DNA of 64,000 nucleotides from an uncultured virus (IMG/VR IMGVR_UViG_3300031760_000053) (lineage: Duplodnaviria; Heunggongvirae; Uroviricota; Caudoviricetes): IMG/VR virus record IMGVR_UViG_3300031760_000053. The stretch is one strand, 5' to 3'. The notes beneath the pieces are model-generated. The model saw only the letters and a list, made by a program, of their open reading frames with translations. It was not told where the DNA came from and ran no database searches. Position numbers and translations under genes: made by a program. Shown here piece by piece: positions 16,649 through 26,119 of this stretch (its first letter is position 1; the number at the start of each line of letters is the position of its first letter).

Positions 16649-18328
16649 TTAAAATATAAGTTCTTTAGGACTACTCTTGCGAATGTAATCCAGTAAATCC
16701 TTTTTAAGTTTTAACGCATTATAGATTACTTGGTCAACCCCTGATGCTATGTAATCTACATATACGCATTTCTCTTTCTGTCCCATACGGAACGTTCTGA
16801 ACTCCGCTTGCTGTCTTACTTCCATCGAAAAAGAATTGGAGTAGAATAATATCGTGTGTGAAATCTGCAAGTTAAATCCTCTAGCAATCTTGTTTGAGTT
16901 TGCTACAAGTATGTCTAACTTACCAGCCTTGAAATCTTCCACACCACCTATAACTTTCCAACCTGTAAACAATCCTGTTCTGTATCCAGCTTTGCTACAT
17001 AGCTCGTATATCTTTGCAGCTTCTGCAGAATACTTTGTCATTATCAACAATGGCTTGTCACTCTCTGCTACATCTCTCATCAAAGCATCTAGCTTAGGGC
17101 AACTCTCTCCTAGCCATTGTATTTCATTCGGCATTAAATCCTGCTCTTCGTCGTCAACATCTATTTCCAATGGCTGTTCTGTGTTGACAATAAAACCATC
17201 GCTTATCTGTTGCAACCTCATCGCAGCTACAAGAGTATTCTTTGCTGTCATTACTTTGCCTTTGTACGATGTCATAAGTTCTTTTTCCATAGACTTATAG
17301 GCTTTCTTTTGTATATCTGACATCCCAATGTTACGAACTGTATAAGTTTGCTCTGGCATATCCATACACTCTGTCAACCGTTTGAACATACTCACAGGTT
17401 CGATAGCAAGTTTTAATTCATCGGCGTGCTTGTATGCCCCTTGGAACTTTACTTGATGCTTGACTGTAAAGTATGTGTCTTGCGATACTCCAAAGTAGTA
17501 GAACGCTGTTTCATAATCTCGACAGCTCTGTATTCCTTCCCACGTCTTCTCTGTCAAAGGTATCTGTACTTCTCTTTCTCTGCTCTCAGATGCCTTTAAT
17601 ACTGTGTACATACAGTAGTACGAACGGAAATTATAATAGTTCCTGCCAAAGTAATTCGGCTTCAAGAACTCCATCAAAGCCCACAAATCAACAGTGCCAT
17701 TCGTTACAGGTGTTCCTGTAAGTATAGCTCTGAATCTTGTGTTCCAATTCTTTGTATGTAACAAAGGTCTACCTTTTCTGTCCCTACTCAACACATCATT
17801 AAACTCGTACAGTAATCTTTGTGAACGATTACTGTCAGGATTTTTTATACAAGTTGCTTCATCAATAGCAATCATTATTGGTAGGCTTCTAGCCCACTCA
17901 ACAATCTTTCTCCACTTTGTCGGCTGACTAAATGTATCTATGTTTACGCTCACGAACTTAAACGTATCTGGATACGCAAACTCACAGATGTCTTTAGCTC
18001 CTCCTCGACCTCCAACGCATTGGGCTTCGATGCCCACGCCCATTTCTCTATATAACTTACCTTCGATTGTAACTCCATCTACTAAATCATCATACCACTG
18101 ACGATGTACATCGTTAGGAGCTATGACAAGCAAGCCTTTAATCAAACCCCTGCGGAACTTGTCCTCAGCTAAGCACAATGTGGTAAATGATTTACCACAT
18201 CCCATCTCGAAAAATAGTGCAATAGCATCACTCTCTCTAAACTTAGAGAGAGCTTCTAGCTGGTGTCCATACGGAGTCATTACTGGCTCATTGTTGTATG
18301 GCACATAAGCATAGCAGCTCTTCTTCAT
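16649..18328 (-). CDS. SNF2-family helicase
   Basis: PYGHQ, EMGCGKS, IDEAT, LTGTP, GFNLQ, QAEFRTFRMGQ; start moved to MKKSCY (AAGGAG RBS). Confidence 0.92.
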   Translation of the reverse strand: MKKSCYAYVPYNNEPVMTPYGHQLEALSKFRESDAIALFFEMGCGKSFTTLCLAEDKFRRGLIKGLLVIAPNDVHRQWYDDLVDGVTIEGKLYREMGVGIEAQCVGGRGGAKDICEFAYPDTFKFVSVNIDTFSQPTKWRKIVEWARSLPIMIAIDEATCIKNPDSNRSQRLLYEFNDVLSRDRKGRPLLHTKNWNTRFRAILTGTPVTNGTVDLWALMEFLKPNYFGRNYYNFRSYYCMYTVLKASESREREVQIPLTEKTWEGIQSCRDYETAFYYFGVSQDTYFTVKHQVKFQGAYKHADELKLAIEPVSMFKRLTECMDMPEQTYTVRNIGMSDIQKKAYKSMEKELMTSYKGKVMTAKNTLVAAMRLQQISDGFIVNTEQPLEIDVDDEEQDLMPNEIQWLGESCPKLDALMRDVAESDKPLLIMTKYSAEAAKIYELCSKAGYRTGLFTGWKVIGGVEDFKAGKLDILVANSNKIARGFNLQISHTILFYSNSFSMEVRQQAEFRTFRMGQKEKCVYVDYIASGVDQVIYNALKLKKDLLDYIRKSSPKELIF

Positions 18329-18330
18329 AT

Positions 18331-18702
18331 CTACTCCTTTACTCTGATTGCGTGATGACACCAAAAATCCTTTTCAGATTTTACCATCTTAGCTGTTACA
18401 GCTGTCCACTCTCCATCAGGCAACACCTGCATTTCAAGTTTGGTCTTTTGACCATATCGCCATTTCCAAAAGGCATCTGCATTGCGTGCTGGGCAAACAA
18501 GATATGCTAAAGCATAACGACCACTGCCGTCTACAAATCGAAAGCAGCTGTCTTCTGGTTCAATCGAAACAATAGTTCCGACTATGCAATCTTGCACATA
18601 GTGTTTTAGAAGTTTCAATGAATCAGCAGCACACACAATATCACCTTTGTGCAACTCATCAGCATTAACTGACGTGTAAACATTACTTACATCAAAGTCC
18701 AT
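18331..18702 (-). CDS. hypothetical phage protein
   Basis: start MDFDVSNVYTSVNADEL with GAGGAG RBS. Confidence 0.65.
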   Translation of the reverse strand: MDFDVSNVYTSVNADELHKGDIVCAADSLKLLKHYVQDCIVGTIVSIEPEDSCFRFVDGSGRYALAYLVCPARNADAFWKWRYGQKTKLEMQVLPDGEWTAVTAKMVKSEKDFWCHHAIRVKE

Positions 18703-18782
18703 AGCTCTTACTCCTCTGAATAACACTGACCACTGTACTGTTCCAGTGTTTCAACTCTTGCTGTTAACTCTTTGATGCACTT

Positions 18783-18824
18783 GCTCTGTTGGCTATCTGT
18801 ATAAAACAGAATAGCCAACAGAGC
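18783..18824. repeat. intergenic inverted repeat
   Basis: gctctgttggctat ... atagccaacagagc 14-bp stem plus inner ctgt/acag. Confidence 0.7.
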
Positions 18825-18863
18825 GTAGATGAAATACTTCCACGCTCTGACCATCTGTTACCT

Positions 18864-19256
18864 CTACTCTACATAGTAGAAGCGACCCTTAATAGCTTCT
18901 ACCACTTTCTCTTCGACTTCCGCTTTCTTCTCTTCTGTCAACTCAACACCAACTGTGTCTGAGTCTATCTCATCGAACTGAATGTCGATAAGCTCGTAGT
19001 CATCAGCACATCCATAGATGTATTTGTGACCTACAGAAACCGTGCCGCTGCCGACAGCTGTTGCACATTCCTGCTTGTCATAATCATCCCACAGGTCGAA
19101 CTCAAATGTACCACTCACCTGCTCACCGCAGCGAATAGTATTCAACTCAGGAACGCTTCCTTCTACGTTCAACAAGTAGCCATTGTCATCGTCATATTCC
19201 TGAAAATCAAATCTTCCATCATCGCAAATCATACTGTACTCCTTATATAATAGCAA
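18864..19256 (-). CDS. acidic hypothetical protein
   Basis: D/E-rich ORF; true start probably MICDD (AAGGAG RBS). Confidence 0.6.
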   Translation of the reverse strand: MLLYKEYSMICDDGRFDFQEYDDDNGYLLNVEGSVPELNTIRCGEQVSGTFEFDLWDDYDKQECATAVGSGTVSVGHKYIYGCADDYELIDIQFDEIDSDTVGVELTEEKKAEVEEKVVEAIKGRFYYVE

Positions 19257-19566
19257 TCAAAGCAAATACTAGCATTACTACAACGTAGAATGTTAGACCA
19301 CCAATCATCTTATCATTGCGCATAGCTGCAGCGTAATGATGTTTTAGATTGTAATATACACCAGCGGCTTTATCATCCACTGCAAGTCTATCACATAATG
19401 CCATAGCATCATAGCATTTATCATAGGCTTGCTTTGTCTGACAGTGATTACAGTCACCAGCTTTACAAATTCCCTTGAGCCTGTAGAACCTACACTTGCC
19501 TTGTACATTAGCAAGTGTAGATATGTTCTTATCAAACTCACTCTCTTGTTGAAGTTTAATATTCAT
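19243..19566 (-). CDS. Cys-rich protein with C-terminal TM
   Basis: C-x7-C-x4-C-x2-C cluster; hydrophobic C-terminus. Confidence 0.6.
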   Translation of the reverse strand: MNIKLQQESEFDKNISTLANVQGKCRFYRLKGICKAGDCNHCQTKQAYDKCYDAMALCDRLAVDDKAAGVYYNLKHHYAAAMRNDKMIGGLTFYVVVMLVFALIAII

Positions 19567-19603
19567 ACCACTTTCCTTGCAGGGCTTTCGCCCTGCGGTT
19601 TGT

Positions 19604-20737
19604 TTAGCACTCTACAATCGTGTATGTGCTTGCAAAAATATTGTCAGGGTTTTCTTTGTACTCAACCTTGACACCATCTTTTTGCTCCCAATCATTGAGC
19701 TTCTTTTGAAACTCTTTGATACCCATCTGAGTGATGCGGAATACCTGTTCAACTGTAACTGTATCGCCAACCTTTACACAGTCGCCAAAGACCTTAGCAA
19801 CAATACTGTTGCCTGTTGTCTTGTAAGCATACTTCATCAAGATGGTTCGTGTGTCCTCACGAATCTCTTCCCACTTACCTATCGACTTGAAGTAGTCGAT
19901 GACCTCTGCGACAGCTGCTGCAGTTGCAACTCTCTCCGCTTCCTTCTTTTCTTTGTAGCGGCGGTTAGCTTCGGCGTGTTGTACTTTCTTGTCTACAACA
20001 GGAACTTCTGCACTGAACTCTTCACGTTCTTCCATAGGTTCTTCCTCCACAACAGGCTCTTCCTGAGCCTGTACTTCCACAGTCTGCTCCACCTGTTCTT
20101 CAACAGCCTGCTCTTCGTTCTTCTCAGCCATAACCTGTTCTTCCATAACCTGCTCCTGAACTTCGTCATTCATCTCGTCATACTCCTTGCTCTTCTTGAG
20201 CTTCTTACAAATGTCCTTCCACGCCACAACCGACGTGAATAAATCCTTTTCCACTGTTTCTTTTTTCTCTGCCTTGTAGTCACCGTCGAGAAAAGAAACC
20301 AAATCTGCAGTGGTGTTTTGTGTATCCTTGTCCCAAGACACACCCACCATAGCAAGACAATCCTTGACCTTCTTCCAGTTAGATGGTGTAATAGATACCC
20401 ATCCACGATAGTATCTATCGTGAAAAGCACTTTCGGTTAGCGTTTCAAATCGGCTGCAAATCATAGAGATGCCTATCTGTCGGCTCATCAAGAACCAATA
20501 GAAAGCAACCGTGAGCTTGCCATACTCACTAAAGTTCTTGAGATGTATATAGTAGCTGCTTGCCACGAACTCCTTTATAAACTTCTCCACCTCGCAAGAC
20601 GTGTTTTTAATATCAAGACGAGGACCATCTCTGTAACCACCAACTCTTGCTGTAAGACTCCAGATGTCTGATGACTTCAATTCGCAATCCATAAACTCCC
20701 TCCCTAATGTCGTATTTCTTGTGGATAGATTACCCAT
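19604..20737 (-). CDS. hypothetical protein with Glu-rich linker; possible internal start at 20173
   Basis: 377-aa ORF; AAGGAG 9 nt before in-frame MNDEVQ. Confidence 0.65.
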   Translation of the reverse strand: MGNLSTRNTTLGREFMDCELKSSDIWSLTARVGGYRDGPRLDIKNTSCEVEKFIKEFVASSYYIHLKNFSEYGKLTVAFYWFLMSRQIGISMICSRFETLTESAFHDRYYRGWVSITPSNWKKVKDCLAMVGVSWDKDTQNTTADLVSFLDGDYKAEKKETVEKDLFTSVVAWKDICKKLKKSKEYDEMNDEVQEQVMEEQVMAEKNEEQAVEEQVEQTVEVQAQEEPVVEEEPMEEREEFSAEVPVVDKKVQHAEANRRYKEKKEAERVATAAAVAEVIDYFKSIGKWEEIREDTRTILMKYAYKTTGNSIVAKVFGDCVKVGDTVTVEQVFRITQMGIKEFQKKLNDWEQKDGVKVEYKENPDNIFASTYTIVEC

Positions 20738-20976
20738 TTGTTGCGTTTGATTCTATACATATCGCTTGTTATAGGATGTCTATCCCAAGTACCATTTGCC
20801 TTGCGCTTGTATATAAAATGATGCCAAGTATATTTCTTGTCATCTGTATCTTCTACATACACCACGAACGCTGGCACATCTACATCAATCGCAGGTGTAA
20901 CCCAAGCATTACAATCCTGTACATACAAAGAGTCATCGCTATACAGTGATAACTTATAAGCATCGATAACTGTCAC
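20704..20976 (-). CDS. hypothetical protein
   Basis: GTG start with AGGAGG RBS. Confidence 0.6.
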   Translation of the reverse strand: MTVIDAYKLSLYSDDSLYVQDCNAWVTPAIDVDVPAFVVYVEDTDDKKYTWHHFIYKRKANGTWDRHPITSDMYRIKRNKWVIYPQEIRH

Positions 20977-21019
20977 TATTGTTTCCTCCTATATGACGGT
21001 TGAATCAAAATTGTAATCA

Positions 21020-21063
21020 TATAATATCACGGGAACATTTGTTTTTTTAATATTCCCGTGAAT
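21020..21063 (-). promoter_or_regulatory. promoter with TTCACGGGAATA box and internal inverted copy
   Basis: - strand ATTCACGGGAATA-TTAAAA-18 bp-TATTAT; same architecture as 11782-11824. Confidence 0.6.
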
Positions 21064-21072
21064 AAGATATGG

Positions 21073-21528
21073 CTATCTACAACTATCAATTACAGATTGA
21101 TTGATAGTCTTTCGCATTGTCGTTCCCAGAGCTTCCATATATGGATATTCATTCATATATAGCACTCTACAGATAGGTAATGGCACAAAGTTATCTTCTA
21201 TAAGAAAGATATTTTTCTTTGTCATCGGAATTATAAGCACACAGTCTGAGCATCGCACCAACGTTAATGTGTGCTTATGATTATCGTGAGCATTTGCATA
21301 TCGCAATGCCCACGCCAGTTGACCACTGCGAAAATGTACCTTGACCTTTTCTTTCTTTAATGCTTTTACATTCTCGCTCTTTAGTTCGCACCAAAAATCA
21401 TAACCATTACCTTGCACGAATACATCTGGCACTCCCTTTTCCGTAGTACCAGTTTCAATTCTCACGCAATCGTAACCTTCTTTCTTTAGTTTTGTCTTCA
21501 CAATACTATAGAACTCACTCTCAAGCAT
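21073..21528 (-). CDS. VRR-NUC / Holliday-junction-resolvase-like PD-(D/E)xK nuclease
   Basis: MLESEF...RIETG...GVPDV...WCELK...GQLAW. Confidence 0.8.
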   Translation of the reverse strand: MLESEFYSIVKTKLKKEGYDCVRIETGTTEKGVPDVFVQGNGYDFWCELKSENVKALKKEKVKVHFRSGQLAWALRYANAHDNHKHTLTLVRCSDCVLIIPMTKKNIFLIEDNFVPLPICRVLYMNEYPYMEALGTTMRKTINQSVIDSCR

Positions 21529-21559
21529 ACCTTTGCCCTACTATATATAACAGGGTTAC

Positions 21560-21714
21560 ACATTCACGGGATTATCATCCTACATCTCGCACGTTTTTAC
21601 ATTAAAAATCCATAACTTCTAGCGTCAAAACTTTTTTTCCTATCTTTTTTAGGTAAAGAATAGAAAACTAAATGCTAAAATACGTCAGATGTAGGATGAT
21701 AATCCCGTGAATGT
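21560..21714. repeat. 28-bp perfect inverted repeat around a 99-bp AT-rich spacer with a 16-bp core
   Basis: arms 21560-21587 and 21687-21714; core acttctagcgtcaaaa at 21615-21630. Confidence 0.85.
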
Positions 21715-21750
21715 TCCAAAACCAGTGTGTGTATACGCTACTTCTAGTGC

Positions 21751-22017
21751 TTATACTTCCACGCGACTGAGCCAACACTCTATAGAGTGTTTGTAATCCT
21801 GTGATTTATTTGTATACATCACAGAGATTTTCTTCTCTATCGTGCGAAAGACTAGACATATCAGATGACTACCGTCGTAAACTTTTACATCTTGATATGT
21901 TGCTATGACATAGAACTGTCCATACATTGTGTACTTCTTAGGTTCTTTATCGAAGCGACTTGCATAGCTACCTGCCCATCGGGTAAGAGCCCCTAAAACC
22001 TTGCTCCAGTCTGACAT
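21751..22017 (-). CDS. hypothetical protein
   Basis: start MSDWSK with GGGG RBS. Confidence 0.55.
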   Translation of the reverse strand: MSDWSKVLGALTRWAGSYASRFDKEPKKYTMYGQFYVIATYQDVKVYDGSHLICLVFRTIEKKISVMYTNKSQDYKHSIECWLSRVEV

Positions 22018-22099
22018 AATCAATCCCCCATTATAACTATCATTACAACGATTACCCATAAGATACAACCGATGATAATAAACGTTCCAAAGTTCATTC

Positions 22100-22387
22100 T
22101 TAAACCTCCGTCAATCTGTCAAAGCCTAGCTGACAATTCTCATTGCTTATTGCATAAGTATCAGGCACAGCTTTTATCAATTCATCTAAGAGATACGCTA
22201 TACATAATTTGTTCTTATATATACTGCGTTTGTTTTGTGCTGTTCGTTTACACAAATCTCTTCCATCAACATCCTTGTAAAAGGCGGTGCTTGTGTATGC
22301 TTTCTCAAGGTGAGTGATAGCATCTGCAACTGCTCTCATCATATCACCTTTTGACATAAGTCCGCCAACACTTTGCCTTTTGTTCAT
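22100..22387 (-). CDS. hypothetical protein
   Basis: ATGA overlap with upstream gene. Confidence 0.55.
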   Translation of the reverse strand: MNKRQSVGGLMSKGDMMRAVADAITHLEKAYTSTAFYKDVDGRDLCKRTAQNKRSIYKNKLCIAYLLDELIKAVPDTYAISNENCQLGFDRLTEV

Positions 22388-22635
22388 CGATACCCCCAAG
22401 TAATCGAACCAGAACCGTGTGTTAATCCTTCTTTTAAGATACCCTCCCATATCTTTATCATAGGTAAGTCTTCCTGTGGCTTGCCATCATAAGACCATTG
22501 CTGTATCACTGCAACTGCAACTGCAACAACAAGGTTGTCGTATACTCTGAGTTCTTTCTTTGTATACGATGGTTCTTTCTTTGCAGGAGCTGGAGTAGCG
22601 TTCAACTTTCTTCCGCTTTTAGAAAACTCAATCAT
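22384..22635 (-). CDS. hypothetical protein
   Basis: start MIEFSK with AAGGAGG RBS. Confidence 0.6.
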   Translation of the reverse strand: MIEFSKSGRKLNATPAPAKKEPSYTKKELRVYDNLVVAVAVAVIQQWSYDGKPQEDLPMIKIWEGILKEGLTHGSGSITWGYR

Positions 22636-22657
22636 AGTAACCTCCTTGCTTATATAA

Positions 22658-23272
22658 CTATCCCCATATATTCCAGTGGTCTTTGGAAGAATATCCATCT
22701 TGTACATCAGCTAGCTGTACAAAAGTTTTCTCACTAAGTATGCTGAAGAAGACATTGTAAGCTCCTTCCATAACATTAAAATAATAGTTAACGTTACGAC
22801 GAGGATTGGGTATCAAGCTAGTGTAGCTCTCGTTCGTACCGAGCTTACCTACCATTTCCATCAGCAGCTTTGCATTACGGCTAACACTCTTCTCAGTTGT
22901 ATTGTAATCATAAGTTACAACTTTCCTCTTGATGTCATACCAGAACCGTTCATTCGTCAGAGTAGGATTAGTGAAACGAATACAGTCAGCTGTACAGAAT
23001 ATAGCCATATCTCTGGTGTCAAACAACGCAAGAGGATAAGACTGGAACTTCTGCGGTTTGCTATAGTAGTCTAGAACGTGAGTGATTTTTCTGTACATCT
23101 CACGCCCACATTTCTTACTTGCCTTCATAAGCGGCAAGTAACTATTGCGATACGTTGCTCTGAGTACTGCATCTCGTTCATTGCCTTTCGGCATAACAGC
23201 TGCCACCTGAGCTGAAGCCTTCATAATAATCTCCAGCTGTTTCTGTTGTTTATGATTTAGAAGATAAACCAT
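22658..23272 (-). CDS. hypothetical early protein
   Basis: 204-aa ORF, GGAGG RBS. Confidence 0.65.
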   Translation of the reverse strand: MVYLLNHKQQKQLEIIMKASAQVAAVMPKGNERDAVLRATYRNSYLPLMKASKKCGREMYRKITHVLDYYSKPQKFQSYPLALFDTRDMAIFCTADCIRFTNPTLTNERFWYDIKRKVVTYDYNTTEKSVSRNAKLLMEMVGKLGTNESYTSLIPNPRRNVNYYFNVMEGAYNVFFSILSEKTFVQLADVQDGYSSKDHWNIWG

Positions 23273-23283
23273 ATACCCTCCGT

Positions 23284-23317
23284 AGCAACAGGGCTAGATA
23301 TTACTAGCTCTGTTGCT
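23284..23317. repeat. CTAG-apex intergenic hairpin 1
   Basis: agcaacagggCTAG-atatta-CTAGctctgttgct. Confidence 0.8.
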
Positions 23318-23322
23318 CTGTT

Positions 23323-23610
23323 TTATTTTGCAAGTTCTGTCAAGAAAAATATCAAAGACCTAGCTCTAGGCTCTTTGATTGTTTCCCAAGGCAACTTCTT
23401 GACATACACATTACCCAAGACCTTTACAGCTTCACGAGCTGCTTCTACTGTTACATAGCAGATGTCATTTTTCAGACACGTTGAGTATGAAAACTCATAC
23501 TTTCCATTCTCGTTCCGCTTCTTGAACTCCAAGTAAAGCCTATAGCAATTCGGCATTACTTTTCTCTGAACCAGATACACAGCTCTGTATTCTTCCTTCC
23601 GTAACAACAT
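23323..23610 (-). CDS. hypothetical early protein
   Basis: ORF, AAGGAGG RBS. Confidence 0.6.
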   Translation of the reverse strand: MLLRKEEYRAVYLVQRKVMPNCYRLYLEFKKRNENGKYEFSYSTCLKNDICYVTVEAAREAVKVLGNVYVKKLPWETIKEPRARSLIFFLTELAK

Positions 23611-23612
23611 AG

Positions 23613-24059
23613 TTATACCTCCTTTGTAATTTTGAAGCCAAGCGTTCTCATCTCATCTATCTGAGTGTCAGTCCACACGCCTTCACCTTCTTTGTAATCC
23701 AAGTCAGCACACGTCTTGCGTGTGCTGACTAATGCTTCCTGAGCCGCTTCGTTATGTAACGTAACGGTTGTACCTAAGTTCTTATGTTCAAACCGTATAG
23801 CTTTAGCAACCAACCTTGCAATACTCTCTTGCTCTTCTGCTGTACCCTTGATGTACACCTCCTCATCATAAGTTACTTCTCCTACCAAAGTAACAACCTT
23901 TACCACAATAGCATAGTAGCCATCACCACCTACAGTCCGTTCCTGAACCTGTAAATAGTGATAATGACCAGCCCACAATCCAAGTGGAAAATCCCTTGAC
24001 CGCTTTTTAATCACGGTAATAATCTCTTCCATAGAAATCTCCTTGGTATCTAGTACCAT
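23613..24059 (-). CDS. hypothetical early protein
   Basis: ORF between hairpins; start may be MEEII (AAGGAG). Confidence 0.6.
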   Translation of the reverse strand: MVLDTKEISMEEIITVIKKRSRDFPLGLWAGHYHYLQVQERTVGGDGYYAIVVKVVTLVGEVTYDEEVYIKGTAEEQESIARLVAKAIRFEHKNLGTTVTLHNEAAQEALVSTRKTCADLDYKEGEGVWTDTQIDEMRTLGFKITKEV

Positions 24060-24062
24060 TCA

Positions 24063-24087
24063 AGTAGCCTAGATGTACTAGGCTACT
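24063..24087. repeat. CTAG-apex hairpin 2
   Basis: agtagcCTAG-atgta-CTAGgctact. Confidence 0.85.
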
Positions 24088-24095
24088 CAAGAGTA

Positions 24096-24350
24096 TTAGA
24101 TTCTCTTAAAGATTGCTGCAAGTCCCTCTGCTATAGGGTTATCCTTGTAGCTGAACTCTGCAAGTTGCTTGTCTGCTTCACAGTAGATGTGAAGTACACG
24201 CTCACCTTTCTCATTAAGTACATCAAACTCCCAACCATAAGTTACTGGTCGATACTTTGTTGCCCATCCACTGCAATCAACTCCCTTGCTTTCAAGGTAG
24301 TTCTTACCTGACACGTAAAAATCAAGTTTCAATCTCTGTGCGATATTCAT
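24096..24350 (-). CDS. hypothetical early protein
   Basis: ORF, GGAGG RBS. Confidence 0.6.
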   Translation of the reverse strand: MNIAQRLKLDFYVSGKNYLESKGVDCSGWATKYRPVTYGWEFDVLNEKGERVLHIYCEADKQLAEFSYKDNPIAEGLAAIFKRI

Positions 24351-24682
24351 TACAGCACCTCCTGCTTATTGATAATTCTTATTGGCTTAATCTTCTTAGC
24401 CAATATCCATTCACCGCCCTGACTTTCGGGGCGGTCATAAGTTGTGAAGTCCTCGACCTCCAACTCAATCCAGACCCTCTGCTGTCCGCTTGCCAGCTGC
24501 TCCTTCAAGTGTGGAGCAACAGGCTTGAAGCAGCAGTGAAAGCCCTCACGAACTGCAAAGCCTTTAGTAGGATAGCAGCCAGCTATCATCTGCTTCCCGA
24601 ACTCAAAAGCCTGATGCTTATTGATGAATAAAGGATAGCACTTGCCATCCTTACCAAGTCTTACTAGCTTGTACGCTTTCAT
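24350..24682 (-). CDS. conserved hypothetical phage protein
   Basis: AYKL...YPLFI...GFHC...APHL...QGGEW pattern; AAGGAG RBS. Confidence 0.7.
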   Translation of the reverse strand: MKAYKLVRLGKDGKCYPLFINKHQAFEFGKQMIAGCYPTKGFAVREGFHCCFKPVAPHLKEQLASGQQRVWIELEVEDFTTYDRPESQGGEWILAKKIKPIRIINKQEVL

Positions 24683-24719
24683 ATCAATCTCCTTAGTAGC
24701 CTAGATATACTAGGCTACT
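24683..24719. repeat. CTAG-apex hairpin 3 with conserved RBS block
   Basis: atcaatctcctt-agtagcCTAG-atata-CTAGgctact. Confidence 0.85.
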
Positions 24720-24729
24720 TATATTCTCT

Positions 24730-25107
24730 CTACAATAACTGCTTGAGGTCTTTCGCAGTTATTGGTTTGACTTTCTCTACATTAAAGTAGATGTCCATAC
24801 AGTAGAGCTTTATCTCTCCACGCTTCCACAACTCTAGTTGAGTGTCACTGGGCTGCGTGTAAGCATCATCTACTAATGTAGATACAAGAAACTGAACAGC
24901 CTCTCCGTCTTGATAAGCTGTTATTTTCACATCATCCTTGTCCATATAGAACCCATCAGCGATAAGAGCCTTGAGTTCTTCCTGAGTTTCAAAGGTCTTC
25001 CTGTAAAGGTTACTAGGAAACTCCTGTGTAGAAATATCCATAGAGCAACCTTTCTCATAGTCGTCTTCTGAAACATCAACAAAACCATTGCTTATTCTAT
25101 AAGCCAT
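24730..25107 (-). CDS. acidic early protein, distant paralogue of 26417..26815
   Basis: shared YE.G, FET.E.L and W....LY motifs. Confidence 0.7.
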   Translation of the reverse strand: MAYRISNGFVDVSEDDYEKGCSMDISTQEFPSNLYRKTFETQEELKALIADGFYMDKDDVKITAYQDGEAVQFLVSTLVDDAYTQPSDTQLELWKRGEIKLYCMDIYFNVEKVKPITAKDLKQLL

Positions 25108-25178
25108 ATCAATCTCCTTGGGTTAGTTAACCCACACGCTACACTAGAGATGACTAGTGTAGCAATGCGTTAGCTAAC
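25108..25178. repeat. CTAG-apex composite element 4 (attC-like geometry)
   Basis: - strand GTTAGCTAAC-GCATT-GCTACACTAG-tcatct-CTAGTGTAGC-GTGTGG-GTTAACTAAC-CC-AAGGAG. Confidence 0.85.
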
Positions 25179-25497
25179 GCCTGAACTCTTCTGCCTTCAA
25201 CGTGTTGAACAAATCAAACACACTGTAGACACCTTCTTGAAGGACTGCTAAATTATAAGTCCCTTTAGCAACCTCCATATCAACCTTTAGGTCTATGAGC
25301 TTTTCCATCTTTACATACTCACACCCTGCAATAACGCTGCTAGGATATGTCGAGCAGCACAGCTCTCTGCCGTCTTTCTCAAACCATATCTTCTCTCCTT
25401 TTCTGCAGAGAGCTGCTGCCACTATGCCTTTGAACATATAACCCGTGTAGTTTTCTTCCCACGGGTTCATCTTAAACGGATTTATTCTATAAGCCAT
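25174..25497 (-). CDS. hypothetical early protein
   Basis: AAGGAG RBS; begins MAYRI like its neighbour. Confidence 0.65.
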   Translation of the reverse strand: MAYRINPFKMNPWEENYTGYMFKGIVAAALCRKGEKIWFEKDGRELCCSTYPSSVIAGCEYVKMEKLIDLKVDMEVAKGTYNLAVLQEGVYSVFDLFNTLKAEEFRR

Positions 25498-25534
25498 ATC
25501 AATCTCCTTAGTAGCCTAGTATATCTAGGCTACT
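25498..25534. repeat. CTAG-apex hairpin 5 with RBS block
   Basis: atcaatctcctt-agtagcCTAG-tatat-CTAGgctact. Confidence 0.85.
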
Positions 25535-25549
25535 TAATAGTAATATCAC

Positions 25550-25822
25550 TCAACTGAGAATTGCCTTTGCGAATTCCTCGTCGAACTCTTCGTCATCTTC
25601 GTCCTCGTTTTTAATACCAAGACTGTCATAGATATCATCTCTCCCAAACCATAAGAGGTCGTTAATGTCTTGCAGCCTTGGTGTTTCACCAGCGTAATAG
25701 TCTGTAACGAATGACTCCCATTCATCAAGCTTGCCTTCTGCTTTGATGCGCTCCATAGTGCTAACAGCACCTTGCCAAAAATTGTTGACATCTGTTACGT
25801 CAACATCATTACGTACTTCCAT
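25550..25822 (-). CDS. acidic conserved phage protein
   Basis: FWQGA...INDLLWF...IYDSLGI pattern; strongly acidic. Confidence 0.7.
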   Translation of the reverse strand: MEVRNDVDVTDVNNFWQGAVSTMERIKAEGKLDEWESFVTDYYAGETPRLQDINDLLWFGRDDIYDSLGIKNEDEDDEEFDEEFAKAILS

Positions 25823-25892
25823 ATCAATCTCCTTGGGTTATCTAACCCACACGGCACGCTAGTTATCTAGTGTGCCAATGTGTTAGACAACT
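25823..25892. repeat. CTAG-apex composite element 6 (attC-like)
   Basis: - strand GTCTAAC-ACATT-GGCACACTAG-ataa-CTAGCGTGCC-GTGTGG-GTTAGAT. Confidence 0.85.
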
Positions 25893-25916
25893 ACTTGTTG
25901 TCTTTCTCTTCAAGAG

Positions 25917-26114
25917 TTACTTAATTAAATACTCAAATCTAGCACCAAAGCACCAGTAAATTTTGCTCTTCGGAATACTTACAACGTCGTACGCTTTCTC
26001 AGGAATGGAGAGTCTTTCCGCCTCTTTTTTAGTGAACAGTTCATTCCTTATAAGAAAGCGGTCGTCCTTTATTCTTTTCTGGTCGAACTCTGGTTTAACC
26101 TTACAATAAATCAT
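25917..26114 (-). CDS. conserved small phage protein
   Basis: VKPEFDQ...NELFT..E...YWCFGARF; GAGGAG RBS. Confidence 0.65.
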   Translation of the reverse strand: MIYCKVKPEFDQKRIKDDRFLIRNELFTKKEAERLSIPEKAYDVVSIPKSKIYWCFGARFEYLIK

Positions 26115-26119
26115 ACGTG

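Noticed and set aside
19577..20242. Long antisense ORFs (e.g. 19577..20242 +, 698..1261 -, 46822..47334 -, 55664..56140 -)
   Set aside because: Shadows of real genes on the opposite strand, without RBS or protein-like composition.
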